Assembly: GCF_006345805.1 (NCBI RefSeq)
Contig: NC_043001.1
Coordinates: 36,952,001 to 37,016,000 of the forward strand
From: Octopus sinensis
Taxonomy: Eukaryota
Direction of reading: 5' to 3'
DNA length: 64,000 nucleotides
Shown: piece after piece, positions 37,026 through 50,964 of the stretch
How the letters are laid out: each line of letters starts with the position of its first letter
How positions within the stretch are numbered: the first letter of the stretch is position 1
The notes under the pieces: model-generated
Told to the model about the DNA's origin: nothing
The model's input: only the letters and a program-made list of their open reading frames with translations
Database searches by the model: none
Translations under genes and position numbers: made by a program

Positions 37026-38647
37026 ACACGCTGACATAGAACCAACGTTGAACCCTTTATTCGCAATATTACCGAATCTGGAACTTAACTATGGTCTGTC
37101 TATAGCACTTATTCAGCATTACCTGACACTTTCGGGTCTCAATGACACCATTATCTCTTATATATATATATATGTATGTATATATCTTTTGGAATTGGTT
37201 CTCGAAGCGCATAACTGATATAATTAATAGCATATAAACATTGGGTTGAAAAAGCCTTTTGGATGAAAAATGACAGTGGTTTTTCTACGGCTTTCGACCT
37301 TAGAAACATCAACAACTAAGGAATGAAAACCTAGAAATCTCTCTTCGGCTACCTAACGGATGTCAATGTGATTTCGACACTAATAGACAGGATCACTACT
37401 TCTCTCGATGTTAAAAACCTGACGCTACCTAGAAATATACAAAGCCAATAATCTGCGTTTGGATCTTAATTACAAACATAACCATATATAAACCGATTAC
37501 ATCACAACACAAAATCGAATTAAATATATTACACATTCAACAATTCAGTCAATAATAGATAATGCCTATAAAGAGAATAAACCAAAAACAATTAACACGA
37601 ATAGGATTAATTAAATGGAAATAGAAAGATAGAAGGTCGAAAACACGTGATCGCGTGGTCTCGACGCTGGGAGGTAGCGGGGATTCATCTAGCGATATAA
37701 ACATGTGTGCATTTTGCATTTTGCAAAGAAAGCCAATATGGGAGTGTCTCTCAAGGTAATTACCGCAGTATAGTTTGTTCTAAAAGAACATCCACGTTTA
37801 AGAGGGGATAAATTTTACCCCTCGGTATTAATACTACATCTGCCACTAATGTGCCCTAGACGAATGTCTCCAACAAATTCCAGATAAACCATCGGATCTT
37901 TACCTTTTGACCTACAGATTTAAAAAATATTTTTTTGTAATTAAACACTTTCAAACTTCGGACACTGGTAGAATGTGTCATATAAAACATCTTTTACTCT
38001 TAGAATTTTTGAAAAAAACTTATATTTACGAAATAATTTCACGTCAAAGTAGTCCTATTTCGGTAATTTCAACTAATCAATAACGTGTATTCAGCTGAAT
38101 AAAATTACTGCTGTTGTTTGTCAACAAGAACTTCCGGTGGTGTATTTTTCATTTGTCACTGTTATTTATGACATCGGTTCGTGCGTTCGTACTGGTTTTA
38201 GCTTTAAGGTTTTAGGTTTTGTTTATGAGTTATATGCGACCAACAGGTGAAAACATGACAAGAATACACAATTCAAGAAATTCTTCAGTTCAGGGGTATT
38301 TTATTCATGGATTTTCAAACAATGTTTCATACCCTAGGTTTACTGAGTCCAATATTTTCCTTTAATAGCCAATGGCATAACCTTTGGTTTTTATGACTGC
38401 TCTAGAAGATACACACACACACGTGTGTGTGTGCGTGAGCACGACCGAGTGAGAGGACAAACGAAAGAAAAGAACACTCAACACATTTAATAGGAGTTAC
38501 ATATATTACATATACTATTATAATTATTTGAAGCAGTTTGATTCGGCTCCGTGAGACTTAAACTGTCGCAGGTTTCGCAGCTTGTTCGGTTTCTGTTAGA
38601 AACCTGCAGAACTTTACGTCTCATGGAGCCGAATGAAACGGTTTTGA

Positions 38648-38738
<91 letters not shown>

Positions 38739-38772
38739 ATATATATAATATATATACATATAGATATATATG

Positions 38773-38814
<42 letters not shown>

Positions 38815-38817
<3 letters not shown>

Positions 38818-38973
38818 AATCCAAACGGGAAACAAAAAAACAACAACAATGGAACAATTACAGTATTATTATTAATAGGCGCTCAGGAAATGGAAGCAGG
38901 GAGGTATGACGTTTCGAGCGGAGCTCTTCGTCGGAAATAAAGAAGGAAGAGAGAGAAAGAAGACCAGAGCGGG

Positions 38974-38975
<2 letters not shown>
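38815..38975 (-). mobile_element. PLE pLTR fragment related to 3240-3400, with a hammerhead-like motif
   Basis: Shares AACAATT..GTATTA..GGCGCTCAGGAA...ACGTTTCGAGC..GCTCTTC with 3311-3385. Minus strand reads CCGACGA-A-GAGC(UCC)GCUC-GAAA-CGUC. Confidence 0.6.
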
Positions 38976-39046
<71 letters not shown>

Positions 39047-39053
39047 ATATATA

Positions 39054-39102
<49 letters not shown>

Positions 39103-39235
39103 AATATACATATATACGTATATATATAACATTGTACATATATATATAAAGCAATGTACATATATATATAAAAAAAACAATATTTATGTCTATATATGTG
39201 TGTGTATGTGTGTATATAAACATATACACACACAC

Positions 39236-39268
<33 letters not shown>

Positions 39269-40094
39269 TACATATATATATGCATAGGTATATGTATCTG
39301 TGTGTGTGTAAGTGTGTGTGCGTGCATGTATGTATATTGTTACAAAGTACTCCGGTTTCCACATAATCTATACATACTCTCGTATACGCGGACAAATTCG
39401 CATCAACACATACACACACGCACATAGACCCTCTGCACTTAAATACTTCCCTTTCATGCGTAAAAACATATATACCTACTGACAAGGAACACTTATACAA
39501 AGGCACGCGCACACACATATATAGACTACGAGCACTTATGCATGTGTATCTAATTTGGTTTTGTACCCATTTTTACATAGGTTTATATATATATATATAC
39601 CTCCATATACGTTAACATCATAATACGCACGCACACACATATATATATATATATATAAACCTACATAATCTAATGCACTTATATGCATATACTCGTACAA
39701 CACACGTTTATATGTATTGATGCATTACCCGAGTCATACATTCAAACATTCCCTTTTACTGAAATCGCGTAACTAACTTCATCCAATAAACGCATCAATT
39801 CTTCTTTCCCTGCTGGTCAACGGATTCCACCTTCAATCCGGATGTGATTACAATAACTGACCTATGACTTCAGCGTCTTGAATCTGTTCCAGGCGAATCT
39901 GAGCTCGTCTTTCCTCTCTTGGCGTGTTTCCGCAAATCATTTCCCCTGCTCACTAAAATGTCATTTATCAATTTAATTTTTATCTACTTTTAATCGTTCT
40001 CATCCTGGTCTTAGGATTACGTTATTGCGGGATGGACCATGTCTAGCCAAAAATGATCACGACTGTTCAATGAAGAGATAAACAGACAGTCCTC

Positions 40095-40141
40095 TCTCTA
40101 TCTATCTATCTATCTTTCTCTATCTATCTATCTATCTATCT

Positions 40142-40180
<39 letters not shown>

Positions 40181-40265
40181 GTCTCTCTTTCTTTCTCTCT
40201 CTCTCTCTCATTCACTCTCTCTCTATCAGTCTATCTATATACCTATATGTATTTGTGTACTCATG

Positions 40266-40343
<78 letters not shown>

Positions 40344-40381
40344 AATCTATCAATCTATCTCTATCTATCTATCTATCTATC

Positions 40382-40460
<79 letters not shown>

Positions 40461-40486
40461 GCCTATCTATCTATCTATCTATCTAC

Positions 40487-40535
<49 letters not shown>
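40095..40535 (+). repeat. (CTAT)n microsatellite
   Basis: Direct reading. Confidence 0.95.
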
Positions 40536-40536
<1 letters not shown>

Positions 40537-41071
40537 CACACACACATACACCCTCCATCCTCTCTTTATCCTACTGCGGCTGCTCCTTTTCTCTATCTTG
40601 TACCACCAACCTTATTATTAATCCTCATCGCTCTTTGTCAAACCCAATTTTCTCTTTTCCACCCGCCCCTTCTCTCCTTTTTTTTCTTCTCCACACTCTC
40701 TTTTCTTCGTTTTCTCTCACTCTCTCTTTCTCTTTCTCCCTTCCTTTCTTCGTCTCGGTATGACAAAGCCACTGAATGCTCAAATCACTGAATACGCAAC
40801 TACAATGAAATACACTAAACTATAACGTTATCAATTCGAACTCCCGTTATTGAATCGGAATAACAAGAAGCTAAATTACACGCACATACACATACACAAA
40901 CACGCACACATGCAGACACACGCACACATGTAGACACACACACACACACGCACGCACACACACATTCACACGCACAGACACGTACACTTGCACGCATACA
41001 CGCACGTACTCACTCGCTCTCATGCATACAAGCACGCACATACATTTGCACACACATGCACATGCATGCTA

Positions 41072-41115
<44 letters not shown>

Positions 41116-41282
41116 ACATTCACACACAGATTTGGATATCGATGCATTGCTTGTATAGGCTCGTTCTGGACTCATTGAAATATTCCTACACACTTCTGTA
41201 CTTATAAAAATACTATAAATATATAATTCATAAGAGGTTTTAAATTCTCAACACATATATATATGTATGTATATGTATATAC

Positions 41283-41335
<53 letters not shown>

Positions 41336-41699
41336 TCAGAAAAATGTAAAATGTTGCGTATAGAAACATTGTTTTTGGAGAAATAACCGGTTTCGTATTT
41401 ATTTTATTTTCAAATTTCTTTACGTATATTGTGTCATCTCTTCGCTATATTGTGAAATATGGAGTTCCAGACAGGGGAAGGTAATCAGGGATTTTTTCGG
41501 TATGAGGGAGATAATCACAAATGTTGGGAATGACTAGGCTTTATTAATTTAACATGAATTGGGTTAGAAAGAATAGAATGTTAGAAGTGGTTAGGTTTAG
41601 CTTTATATATTTTTTTTCAATGAGTAAGTTTCCTTATTTAAAAATGTTAGGAATAGTTAAGTTTTGGCTTATATTTTTCAATGAAATAGGTTTCCTTAT

Positions 41700-42050
41700 T
41701 TAATATAACTTATGTTGGTGTTCCAATGGCACATTGATAAAATGGAAAGATTACAAATTGTGGTAGCATTCGCTTTGCACATTTCTCAATATGTTCTCTA
41801 AAGGGTATCATTCTGTATTCTGGGAATGCAATCTGCTATCGATGCAGAGTGCATCTACGTCTGAGCGATAATCCCGTGGACCCTATGTAGTTTTGGTGGC
41901 AGCCCGAGCATCTTATAACATAAATCAGTATATATATATATATACATATCCGATTCAGGGTTGTGCATTTATCTAATGTTCTTCCTAGAGGTAAGACAAA
42001 AAATTTTATATGTTCGCTGCTGTCACACGTCTTTGCCAGTATATACACAG
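41700..42050 (-). mobile_element. Second PLE GIY-YIG endonuclease remnant, interrupted by a (TA)n tract
   Basis: LIYVIRCSGCHQNYIGSTGLSLRRRCTLHR*QIAFPEYRMIPFREHIEKCAKRMLPQFVIFPFYQC. Confidence 0.8.
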
Positions 42051-42555
42051 TGAAACTTTACTATAACGTCATAAATTTATTGTCTGCTATTTCCAGTAAA
42101 CATTGGTGCCTTGTTGTAACACTACTCTACATTTATATATACATATATATATGTGTGTGTTCGTGCGTGTATGTGTGTGTGTACAGTCGTCCTCAAAATT
42201 AGTCATGTCCTTGTTAATTTTTTTGATTTTTTGTTTTTGTGATGAAATGAATGCATTTTCTCAAGTTTGTTTATGAGTTATATGTGACCAACAAATAAAA
42301 GGATAACAATACATAATTCAAGAAATTCTTCATTTTTTGGGTATTTTATTCATAGATTTTTAAAAAGTGCCATCTTCGACATCCGAACCTAGACGCAATA
42401 TAGAACTTAAGATAGTTCTCGCAAGTCTCTTTCTTTGCTACACTTTAGAGTTTAGCAACGCACATACACGCACATACGCACACATACATATACATTATAT
42501 ATATATATGTATATATATATATGTATATATGTAATATATATGTATATATATTATG

Positions 42556-42607
<52 letters not shown>

Positions 42608-42741
42608 GTATATATATATGTATATATGTAATATATGTATATATATATAATATATATATGTATATATATAGTATATATATATGTATATATATATGTATAT
42701 ATATATACATATATATACACATATGTATATATATATATATG

Positions 42742-42788
<47 letters not shown>

Positions 42789-43236
42789 GCATGCACATTT
42801 TGACGCACGTATGGTCTGCGTGGCTATACGTATACATATGTATATGAAGTAAAATAGACCCCATCCATTAACACACGCACAGAGACAGATATGAACGCCA
42901 ACAAACCCGTACTGCGATATAAATGCATGCTTCTATATACATACGTAGATATGAAATTATTCATGTATGTATCTGAATACATTAGGAAATGCATTTCCTC
43001 CTTGTTGGTCCGTACAGCAGACGAATCTTCTTGTGAATAGCTGACTCATGCATCATAGATGTCACCACTGTAATTACCATTCCATCGTAGTATTTGCAAT
43101 TCATTCACCTAAAAGTATACACACACACACATACACGCATGCACACACACGCACGTGCGCGCACATGCGCACACACACACCACCCATCAGTTCAGCTTTG
43201 CATTAAGAGAATGACCTGAATAGAATGGTGATATGT

Positions 43237-43284
<48 letters not shown>

Positions 43285-43499
43285 ATATATATATATTAAT
43301 ATATATGCACATATATTATATTTAAAGGTATAATTTGCTTCGTTCACTTTACTGCTGGACGTCTGTATTCCTGATACACCGTCAGATGCAGTAAACACAT
43401 ACGTATATATATATACCTCTGTGTGTGTGTGTACATGAATATGTGCATGAACATAGTTATCTATCTTTCTCTCTCTATCGCTATGTATATATATATACA

Positions 43500-43727
43500 T
43501 ATTCTTTTTCTTGTTTCAGTCATTCCACTGCGGCCATGCTAGACCGCCGACTCGATGGAGATTAGTCAAAGAAATCGACCGCAGGACCTATTCCCTGTAA
43601 GCCTAGTACTTATTCTATCGATCTCTTTGGCCGAACCGGTAGATTTACTGTGATATATACCAGCATCGTTCGTGAAGCGGTGGGGGAACACAAATACACA
43701 CAGCACACACACAAATGTGTGTGTGTG

Positions 43728-43786
<59 letters not shown>

Positions 43787-43870
43787 TAAACAGACACAAC
43801 AGGCTTCTTCCACTTTCAATCTATCAAATTCAGTTTGATAGAACCATGTGGTGGGAAGCAAGATTTTACC
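43500..43870 (-). mobile_element. SINE family A, diverged copy
   Basis: TTGTTTCAGTCATT..CTGCGGCCATGCT...GGAACCATGTGG. Confidence 0.7.
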
Positions 43871-43943
43871 GCACAAATTATATATACATATAGATATGTG
43901 TGTGTGTATATATACATGTATATAGATATTTATATATAGATAT

Positions 43944-44028
<85 letters not shown>

Positions 44029-44033
44029 CAGAC

Positions 44034-44104
<71 letters not shown>

Positions 44105-44310
44105 GTGTGTGTATGCATGTGTGTGCGCGCACACGCGGATTTCCAACTTATTGGTTAAAACATTTACAAGTGCCTAGAGTTAGGTATTAGGAATTAGGCG
44201 AGTCCAGCGTGTGATATTAATTAATGAATGACAAAAGAACAAGTCACAAAATCACCTTCATTAGCTTAACGCTGTTTCTGTGATAAGAAATGCATTCAGA
44301 GCCAAATGCT

Positions 44311-44410
44311 NNNNNNNNNNNNNNNNNNNNNNNNNNNNNNNNNNNNNNNNNNNNNNNNNNNNNNNNNNNNNNNNNNNNNNNNNNNNNNNNNNNNNNNNNN
44401 NNNNNNNNNN
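44311..44410. other. Assembly gap (100 N)
   Basis: Direct reading. Confidence 1.
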
Positions 44411-44444
44411 ACAAGCTAAGACTTGCAATGCGACATAACACAGG

Positions 44445-44757
44445 TAGTGAACGCTCGTAGTTTAGTAGTTAGAGTATCCGGCTCCACGACCGGTAGGTCA
44501 TAAGTTCGATTCCCCGGCGGTACATTGTATCCTTGATCAAGACACTTTATTCCACGGTTGCTCCAGTCCATTCAAGCTGGCAAAATGAGTAGACAAGGCG
44601 GGCCTTGTCATATTGCGTCACACTGAACATCTTGAAAACTATGTCAAGAGTGCGCATGTCTGTGAAGTTCTCAGCCACTTGCACGTTAATTTCATGCGCA
44701 GGTTGTTCCGTTTATCAGATTAACTGGAACCCTCGTCGCTGTAACCGACAGAGTGCC
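44445..44757 (+). mobile_element. tRNA-head SINE with a different central domain (GTATCCTTGATCAAGACACTT) and family B tail type 1
   Basis: The 3' part aligns with 45650-45815. Confidence 0.7.
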
Positions 44758-45437
44758 AGAAGACAGGTACTGAGTCTGTAATTTTTATGGTTTCTTTGCT
44801 TATAGAATTGTGATACTTTTCTCTTTATTAAGTCAGTCATGTGTTGTTCCAATGTTCTTAGGAAATATTTCAACCAAAATTTTAGGGTTTTGTCACTTTC
44901 TATGTTCCAGCTGTTATGGTCTTTCACTTCTTTGTTTCGTTGATGTTTGTTTTGGGTGGATTTTTTTTTTTTTTTAGTGTTTGCGATAATCTTAATTGAT
45001 ATAACCTCCTGCCGTTATCAAATACCTCTGAAGCCTCTCTCAGATTACCTTACATAAAACTCACACCACACACACACATATTGAGAAACATATCAATTCA
45101 TACACAAATGTTTTACTTATACTAAAACAACAGTTTTAAACAAAATACGCGGACCCACACACATACTACACACAAACACACACATACATACACACATAGT
45201 ACAAATATACATACATACATAATACATACATACATACATACATACATACATAATACATACATAATACATACATACATACATACATACACAAGCACACACC
45301 TACTTAACTGCTCGCTAAATAATTATAAATAACTTCCGTCTTGCAGTCCTCACAGCCCGAAGATTCCCAACAGAGATGAAAACGGTCAGTCACTGCAGAG
45401 AATTGCACTTTCAGTAAAGATCTATACTGCATGACGT

Positions 45438-45816
45438 GTGGAGGCGCAATGGCCCAGTGGTTAGGGCAGCGGACTCGCGGTCATAGGATCGCGGTTTCGA
45501 TTCCCAGACCGGGCGTTGTGAGTGTTTATTGAGCGAAAACACCTAAAGCTCCACGAGGCTCCGGCAGGGGATGGTGGTGATCCCTGCTGTACTCTTCACC
45601 ACACTTTCTCTCACTCTTACTTCCTGTTTCTGTTGTACCTGTATTTCAAAGGGCCGGCCTTGTCACTCTCTGTGTCACGCTGAATATCCCCGAGAACTAC
45701 GTTAAGGGTACACGTGTCTGTGGAGTGCTCAGCCACTTACACGTTAATTTCACGAGCAGGCTGTTCCGTTGATTCGGATCAACCGGAACACTCGTCGTCG
45801 TTACCGACGGAGTGCT
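45438..45816 (+). mobile_element. SINE family B, full-length young copy with 17-bp TSD
   Basis: TCTATACTGCATGACGT at 45421-45437 and 45817-45833. The head has A/B boxes and a TCG anticodon-like loop, resembling octopus OR-type SINEs. Confidence 0.95.
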
Positions 45817-45874
45817 TCTATACTGCATGACGTATTATGTATTAACTCTAGAGATATTCGTTTGTGTGTGTATT

Positions 45875-45935
<61 letters not shown>

Positions 45936-46099
45936 TTCGATAGTTTGTACCTTATTTTTATTTGACGATGATCTACAAAAAAAAAGAAAAAAGAAACCCG
46001 AAGCGTATTGCTCATTTATGTGTTCTGCAGTAACTGGGAATGGCTATTCTGGTAGAGAAGTATTTGTCACAGTGCACACACTGATGTTTATTTATACCA

Positions 46100-47580
46100 A
46101 ATTTGCCTATTTCTGATTCTCGAGTAACCCTCTAGTGTCTGCTATTGAGGTTCATAAAAATTCAAAAGCATTTGAGACTCCTGATGTTCGACTCCTGTGC
46201 AGCCCTGTCCCGAGCATGATCTTTCCGTGAGTTTGGTTTTATCTTTCTGTTTTTCCAGGTTGCTTTCAGTGCATCTTTGAATATTCATGTGGTATACCAA
46301 CATTGGTGGAGGCACATGGCCTAGTGCTTATAGCAGCGGATTTGCTTTCGAGGAATCGCGGGTTCGAATCTCAGACCAGGTGATGTGTGTGTTTATGAGC
46401 GAAACACCTAAGCTCCACGTGTGTTTCCGGCAGAAGGTAATGGCGAACTTCTGCTGACTCTTTCGCCACAACTTCCTCTCACTCTTTCCTCCTGCATCTT
46501 GCAGCTCACCTGCGACGGACCGACGTCCCGTCCAGGTGGGGAACCTATACGCCAAGGAAACCGGGAAACCGGCCCTATGCTCCACAAGGAGCAAAAAGGT
46601 TTAAGAAGAATACCAACATTGTGTCTCCTATTTGCGAGCTCAGAATAGACAGTCACAGTCGAGCATTCTGGCATGTCCAGCCAAACACAATTGTATTGCT
46701 TGAGCTTAACAAACTAACTGAGAACACTACAACGCCTGAGAACCTCCTGAGAATCTCTGAATTGAGATTTAATCCCGCCACTTTGTTTAGAATCTTCCTT
46801 ATACAGGATATGTGAGAATAATTAAACTTTATACGTGGTACTGGTACACCGTCCAAGTTTCTGCACCAGGGAGGAGAGCTGGGAGGATTAGAGAATTGTA
46901 GATTTTGATTATGGAAGCTAAGCACATATTCGGTGTGCCACCAATGCCGTCTTAAAACATGGGTACACTGGGTTCTTTTCAGGGACCTCATGGGTCTAGT
47001 GGCCCAATTCGGATTTATCTATGTTGTGGCTTACTATCAATAAATAGTATAGGGTCCAGTACACTGATTTGCCCGAGGAAGAGGTCTCACAGTTCTAGGG
47101 GCCCAATTCTGCTCTGTGTATCCTGAGGCTTATTGTCAATAAATAAAAATTATTAGGTCCAGTAAATTGGTTAGTCGTGGTGGGGTGGGTAGGGGGTTTA
47201 TGATTCTGCTAAGACGGCCTTAGGTGACACACAATCTATGCTGAAGTCTTCCAAAACCATTACATTTCTTGCACTTACCGATAGGTGATGATACTTCAGC
47301 ATCGATGCAGGTATATAAGGAAAGTGCAAGATTATTGAAAAACCTTTACTTTTTTATATCTCATTCCCACTCACTTTTATTCCAAGTGGTTACATACTGT
47401 TCATTCCTTGTGAGGTTGATGCAGTACTTGTTTTAGTAGTGCTGATAGTAAGCCAAAGTTACAGCAAGATTGAGAACTGAGCACTACATGGACTCATCTG
47501 GTACAAGCAATATACAATCGTCCGCAAACAGCAATTCATTGACACGTAGATGTTTAACTTTGGTGTTTTTGCTTACAATA
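46100..47580 (-). mobile_element. Decayed RTE-clade LINE reverse transcriptase, interrupted by a SINE and an about 105-bp tandem duplication (47000-47200)
   Basis: Minus strand, across frameshifts: KNTKVKHLRVNELLFADDCILL; IDAEVSSPIGK...FGRLQHRL; CIRKILNK/WRD*IS/NSEILRR; GHARMLD; VYSELANRR; IKPNSRKDHARDRAA. Confidence 0.85.
46306..46609 (+). mobile_element. SINE family B (tail type 2) with 12-bp TSD, inside the RTE
   Basis: ATACCAACATTG at 46294-46305 and 46610-46621. Confidence 0.9.
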
Positions 47581-48037
47581 ATAAACAAATAAACCAAAGT
47601 TGCTGTTATGTTTGTTATGGCTGCTGTTTTGCAAAAATATGAAGTTACTGCGAATGAGAGGTGTCAATTCACTCAATCTGTCGAGTACAGTTAATTAAAA
47701 GATATGGTTATATGCGAGAAATAATACTCCTCTACCACCATCATACTAGCATCACTGTCATTTATCGATTAATTTCCCTGTGGGGAAAATTTCCTAATAA
47801 GTGTTCTGGAATTTGTTTTGGGTTTTATTTTTATATATATTTATATATTTAATCTGCAAATCAAAATGATGAAGCAAAATAAAAAGGTGTTAAGATTTGT
47901 GAAAACTTTAATTGTTAATTGTACATCTGAAATGTATTTGAGTGTGTACGTGTGTATGCGAACGTATGTGTATATGTGCGGATTCGTGATCAATGTTTTG
48001 CTTACAACATACACGCACATATACATACATATATACA

Positions 48038-48071
<34 letters not shown>

Positions 48072-48080
48072 CATACATAC

Positions 48081-48508
48081 TCTTTTACTCTTTTTTACTC
48101 TTTTACTCTTTTACTTGTTTCAGTCCTTTGACTGTGGCCATGCTGGAGCACCGCCTTTAGTCGAGCAAAATCGACCCCAGGCATATTCTTTGTAAGCCAG
48201 TACTTATTCTATCGTCTCTTTGCCGAACCGCAAAGTGACGGGAACGTAAACACACCAGCATCGGTTGTCAAGCAATGCTAGGGGACAAAAACACAGACAA
48301 ACAAACACATACACACCACATATATAAACATATATATACATATATACGACAGGCTTCTTTCAGTTCCGTCTACCAAATCCACTCACAAGGCATTGGTCGC
48401 CGGGGCTATATAGCAGAAGACACTGCCTAAGATGCCACGCAGTGGGACTGAACCGGAACCATGTGATTGGTTAGCAAGCTACTTACTAACAGCCACTCCT
48501 GCGCCTAT
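48081..48508 (-). mobile_element. SINE family A
   Basis: Reverse-complement copy with (TCTTTTAC)n tail. Confidence 0.88.
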
Positions 48509-48509
48509 A

Positions 48510-48618
48510 CATACTTACATACATTATACATACATTACATACAACCTACATACATACTACATACATACATACATATATATATAATATACGTGCCTACATA
48601 CATACATACATGCATACA

Positions 48619-48654
<36 letters not shown>

Positions 48655-49460
48655 TAAACGTGCCTACATACATACATACATACATACATGCATACATACA
48701 TACATACATACATACATACATACATACATACATACATACATACATACATACATACATACGTGCCTACATACATGTGCATCTATATATTTTGTATGAATAT
48801 AAATTTACGTGTACAGCTGTATGTATAAGCAAATATATATACGTATTATATGTGTTATATGTTATGTATATGATGAATGTGTATGTTTGTATCATTTATA
48901 TACATGTGTGTGTGTGTGCGAGCGTGTATATGTGTATATATATCTATATATCATATACAACTGTACGCTTTCATGCATATAAGTGTATATACGTATACAA
49001 TGAGAAGTGTAGGTGAACGCGTCGATGTGTTTTATATATGTATTTACCTGTATGTATGTATGTATGTATGTATGTATGTATGTATGTATGTATGTACGTA
49101 TGTATATATATGAGTATGCACGTACGTATGCATGTATGTATATATATGAGCATACACGTACGTATGTATGTTTGTACGTTTGTATGTATTTATGTATGTA
49201 TGTATGTAGTATGTATGTATGTACGTACGTACGTATGTACATATGTATGTATGTAGTATGTATGTACGTACGTACGTACGTATGTACGTATGTATGTATG
49301 TATGTATGTACGTACGTACGTACGTACGTACGTATGTATGTATGTATGTATGTATGTATGTGTATGTATATATGTATGTATGTATGTATGTATGTACGTA
49401 TGTATGTATGTACGTATGTATGTATTACGTATGTATGTATGTATGTACGATTATATGTAT
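48510..49460. repeat. Large (TACA)n/(TATG)n/(TACG)n microsatellite field
   Basis: Direct reading. Confidence 0.92.
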
Positions 49461-50215
49461 GAGTGCATTACAGAAAAAGATTAGTTGTTTTCATTATTAA
49501 GTCTTTCTTCACATACTTGTATTAATGGCTATCTTTAACAGTAATGCATGCAATTCAGAATTCAGATGGACATTTGCTTGGATATGGCATGTACGAGTGA
49601 TATATTACTTCTACAGAATAGTAAATATAGTTTATTCAAACGTGCTAGTTTGGCAGGCGCATAATATACTATAAAACTCTTAAGTTTTTATTTTAATTTT
49701 TCTTCAAGTCAGCAACTGGCAAGAGACATACATACATACATACATAACCTAGCTTTCTAAACTTAAGATATGAGTTCATTCAATTAAATCATCCGTAAAT
49801 AGTAGAAGATTTAGCATCGTACGTTTGCAAGTATTAGTACCCTGGGCTTTTTTTTTGGTATTTATTTATGTATTTTTTTGTAATTGATTTCGTTCTTGCT
49901 CACACATTTCACATTTCAACAAAACAAAACAGCCTTCCTTGTTTATGTGTGTGTGTGTGGGTGTGTGTGCATGTATATGAATGTATGTATATCTGTATAT
50001 GTATATGCATGTCTACTAATACATATATGTATATATATATACATATATATACATGTATATATATATACATATATATGCATATATATATATATGTATGATA
50101 TTATATGTATGTAAGTATATATATAATATTATATAGATATGTATGTATGTGTGGAGTATGTATGTATGTATGTATGTAGTATGCATGTATATATATATAT
50201 ATATAATATATATAT

Positions 50216-50251
<36 letters not shown>

Positions 50252-50252
50252 C

Positions 50253-50284
<32 letters not shown>

Positions 50285-50723
50285 GTATTATATAGCAATG
50301 TGCAAGAAGTCGATAAATGGCTAGACACGAAAGATTTAGTCTTAGGTCGCAAATAGTAATTAGCATGTCATTGAATTTTAACATTTAATCAACAGTCTAC
50401 TTCACTGGCAGCTCTTTACACTTTGCAGATTGTACTATTTTCATAATTTTGTTTTGTTGTTTCGTCTTTTTATTCAACAATTTTTTTTTGTGCTCTTTTC
50501 TTTCTTCCTGAGTTTATCGTCTATATATCTTCTCTAAATATATTTCACACATGTTTTAGAATAAACTTGATAATGCTTGGAAGTTGTGAACTTCCACTAA
50601 AAGAATTTTTTGATTCTATAATAAGAGTTTGTGTGAGTGAATAGTTCTGTGTGCTTACAGAATGCACATACACACACACACACACACATACACACACATA
50701 AACACATATATAGATAGATATAC

Positions 50724-50804
<81 letters not shown>

Positions 50805-50909
50805 TATGTATTATATATGTATATCATACATATGTATGTGTATGTACATATATATACATATATATATATATATATACATATATATATAGATAGAGAGAGA
50901 GAGGGGGAG

Positions 50910-50964
<55 letters not shown>

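Noticed and set aside
45438-45515. tRNA-Arg-like sequence (also at other SINE heads)
   Set aside because: Lacks a proper acceptor stem and runs into SINE body with TSDs; not a tRNA gene
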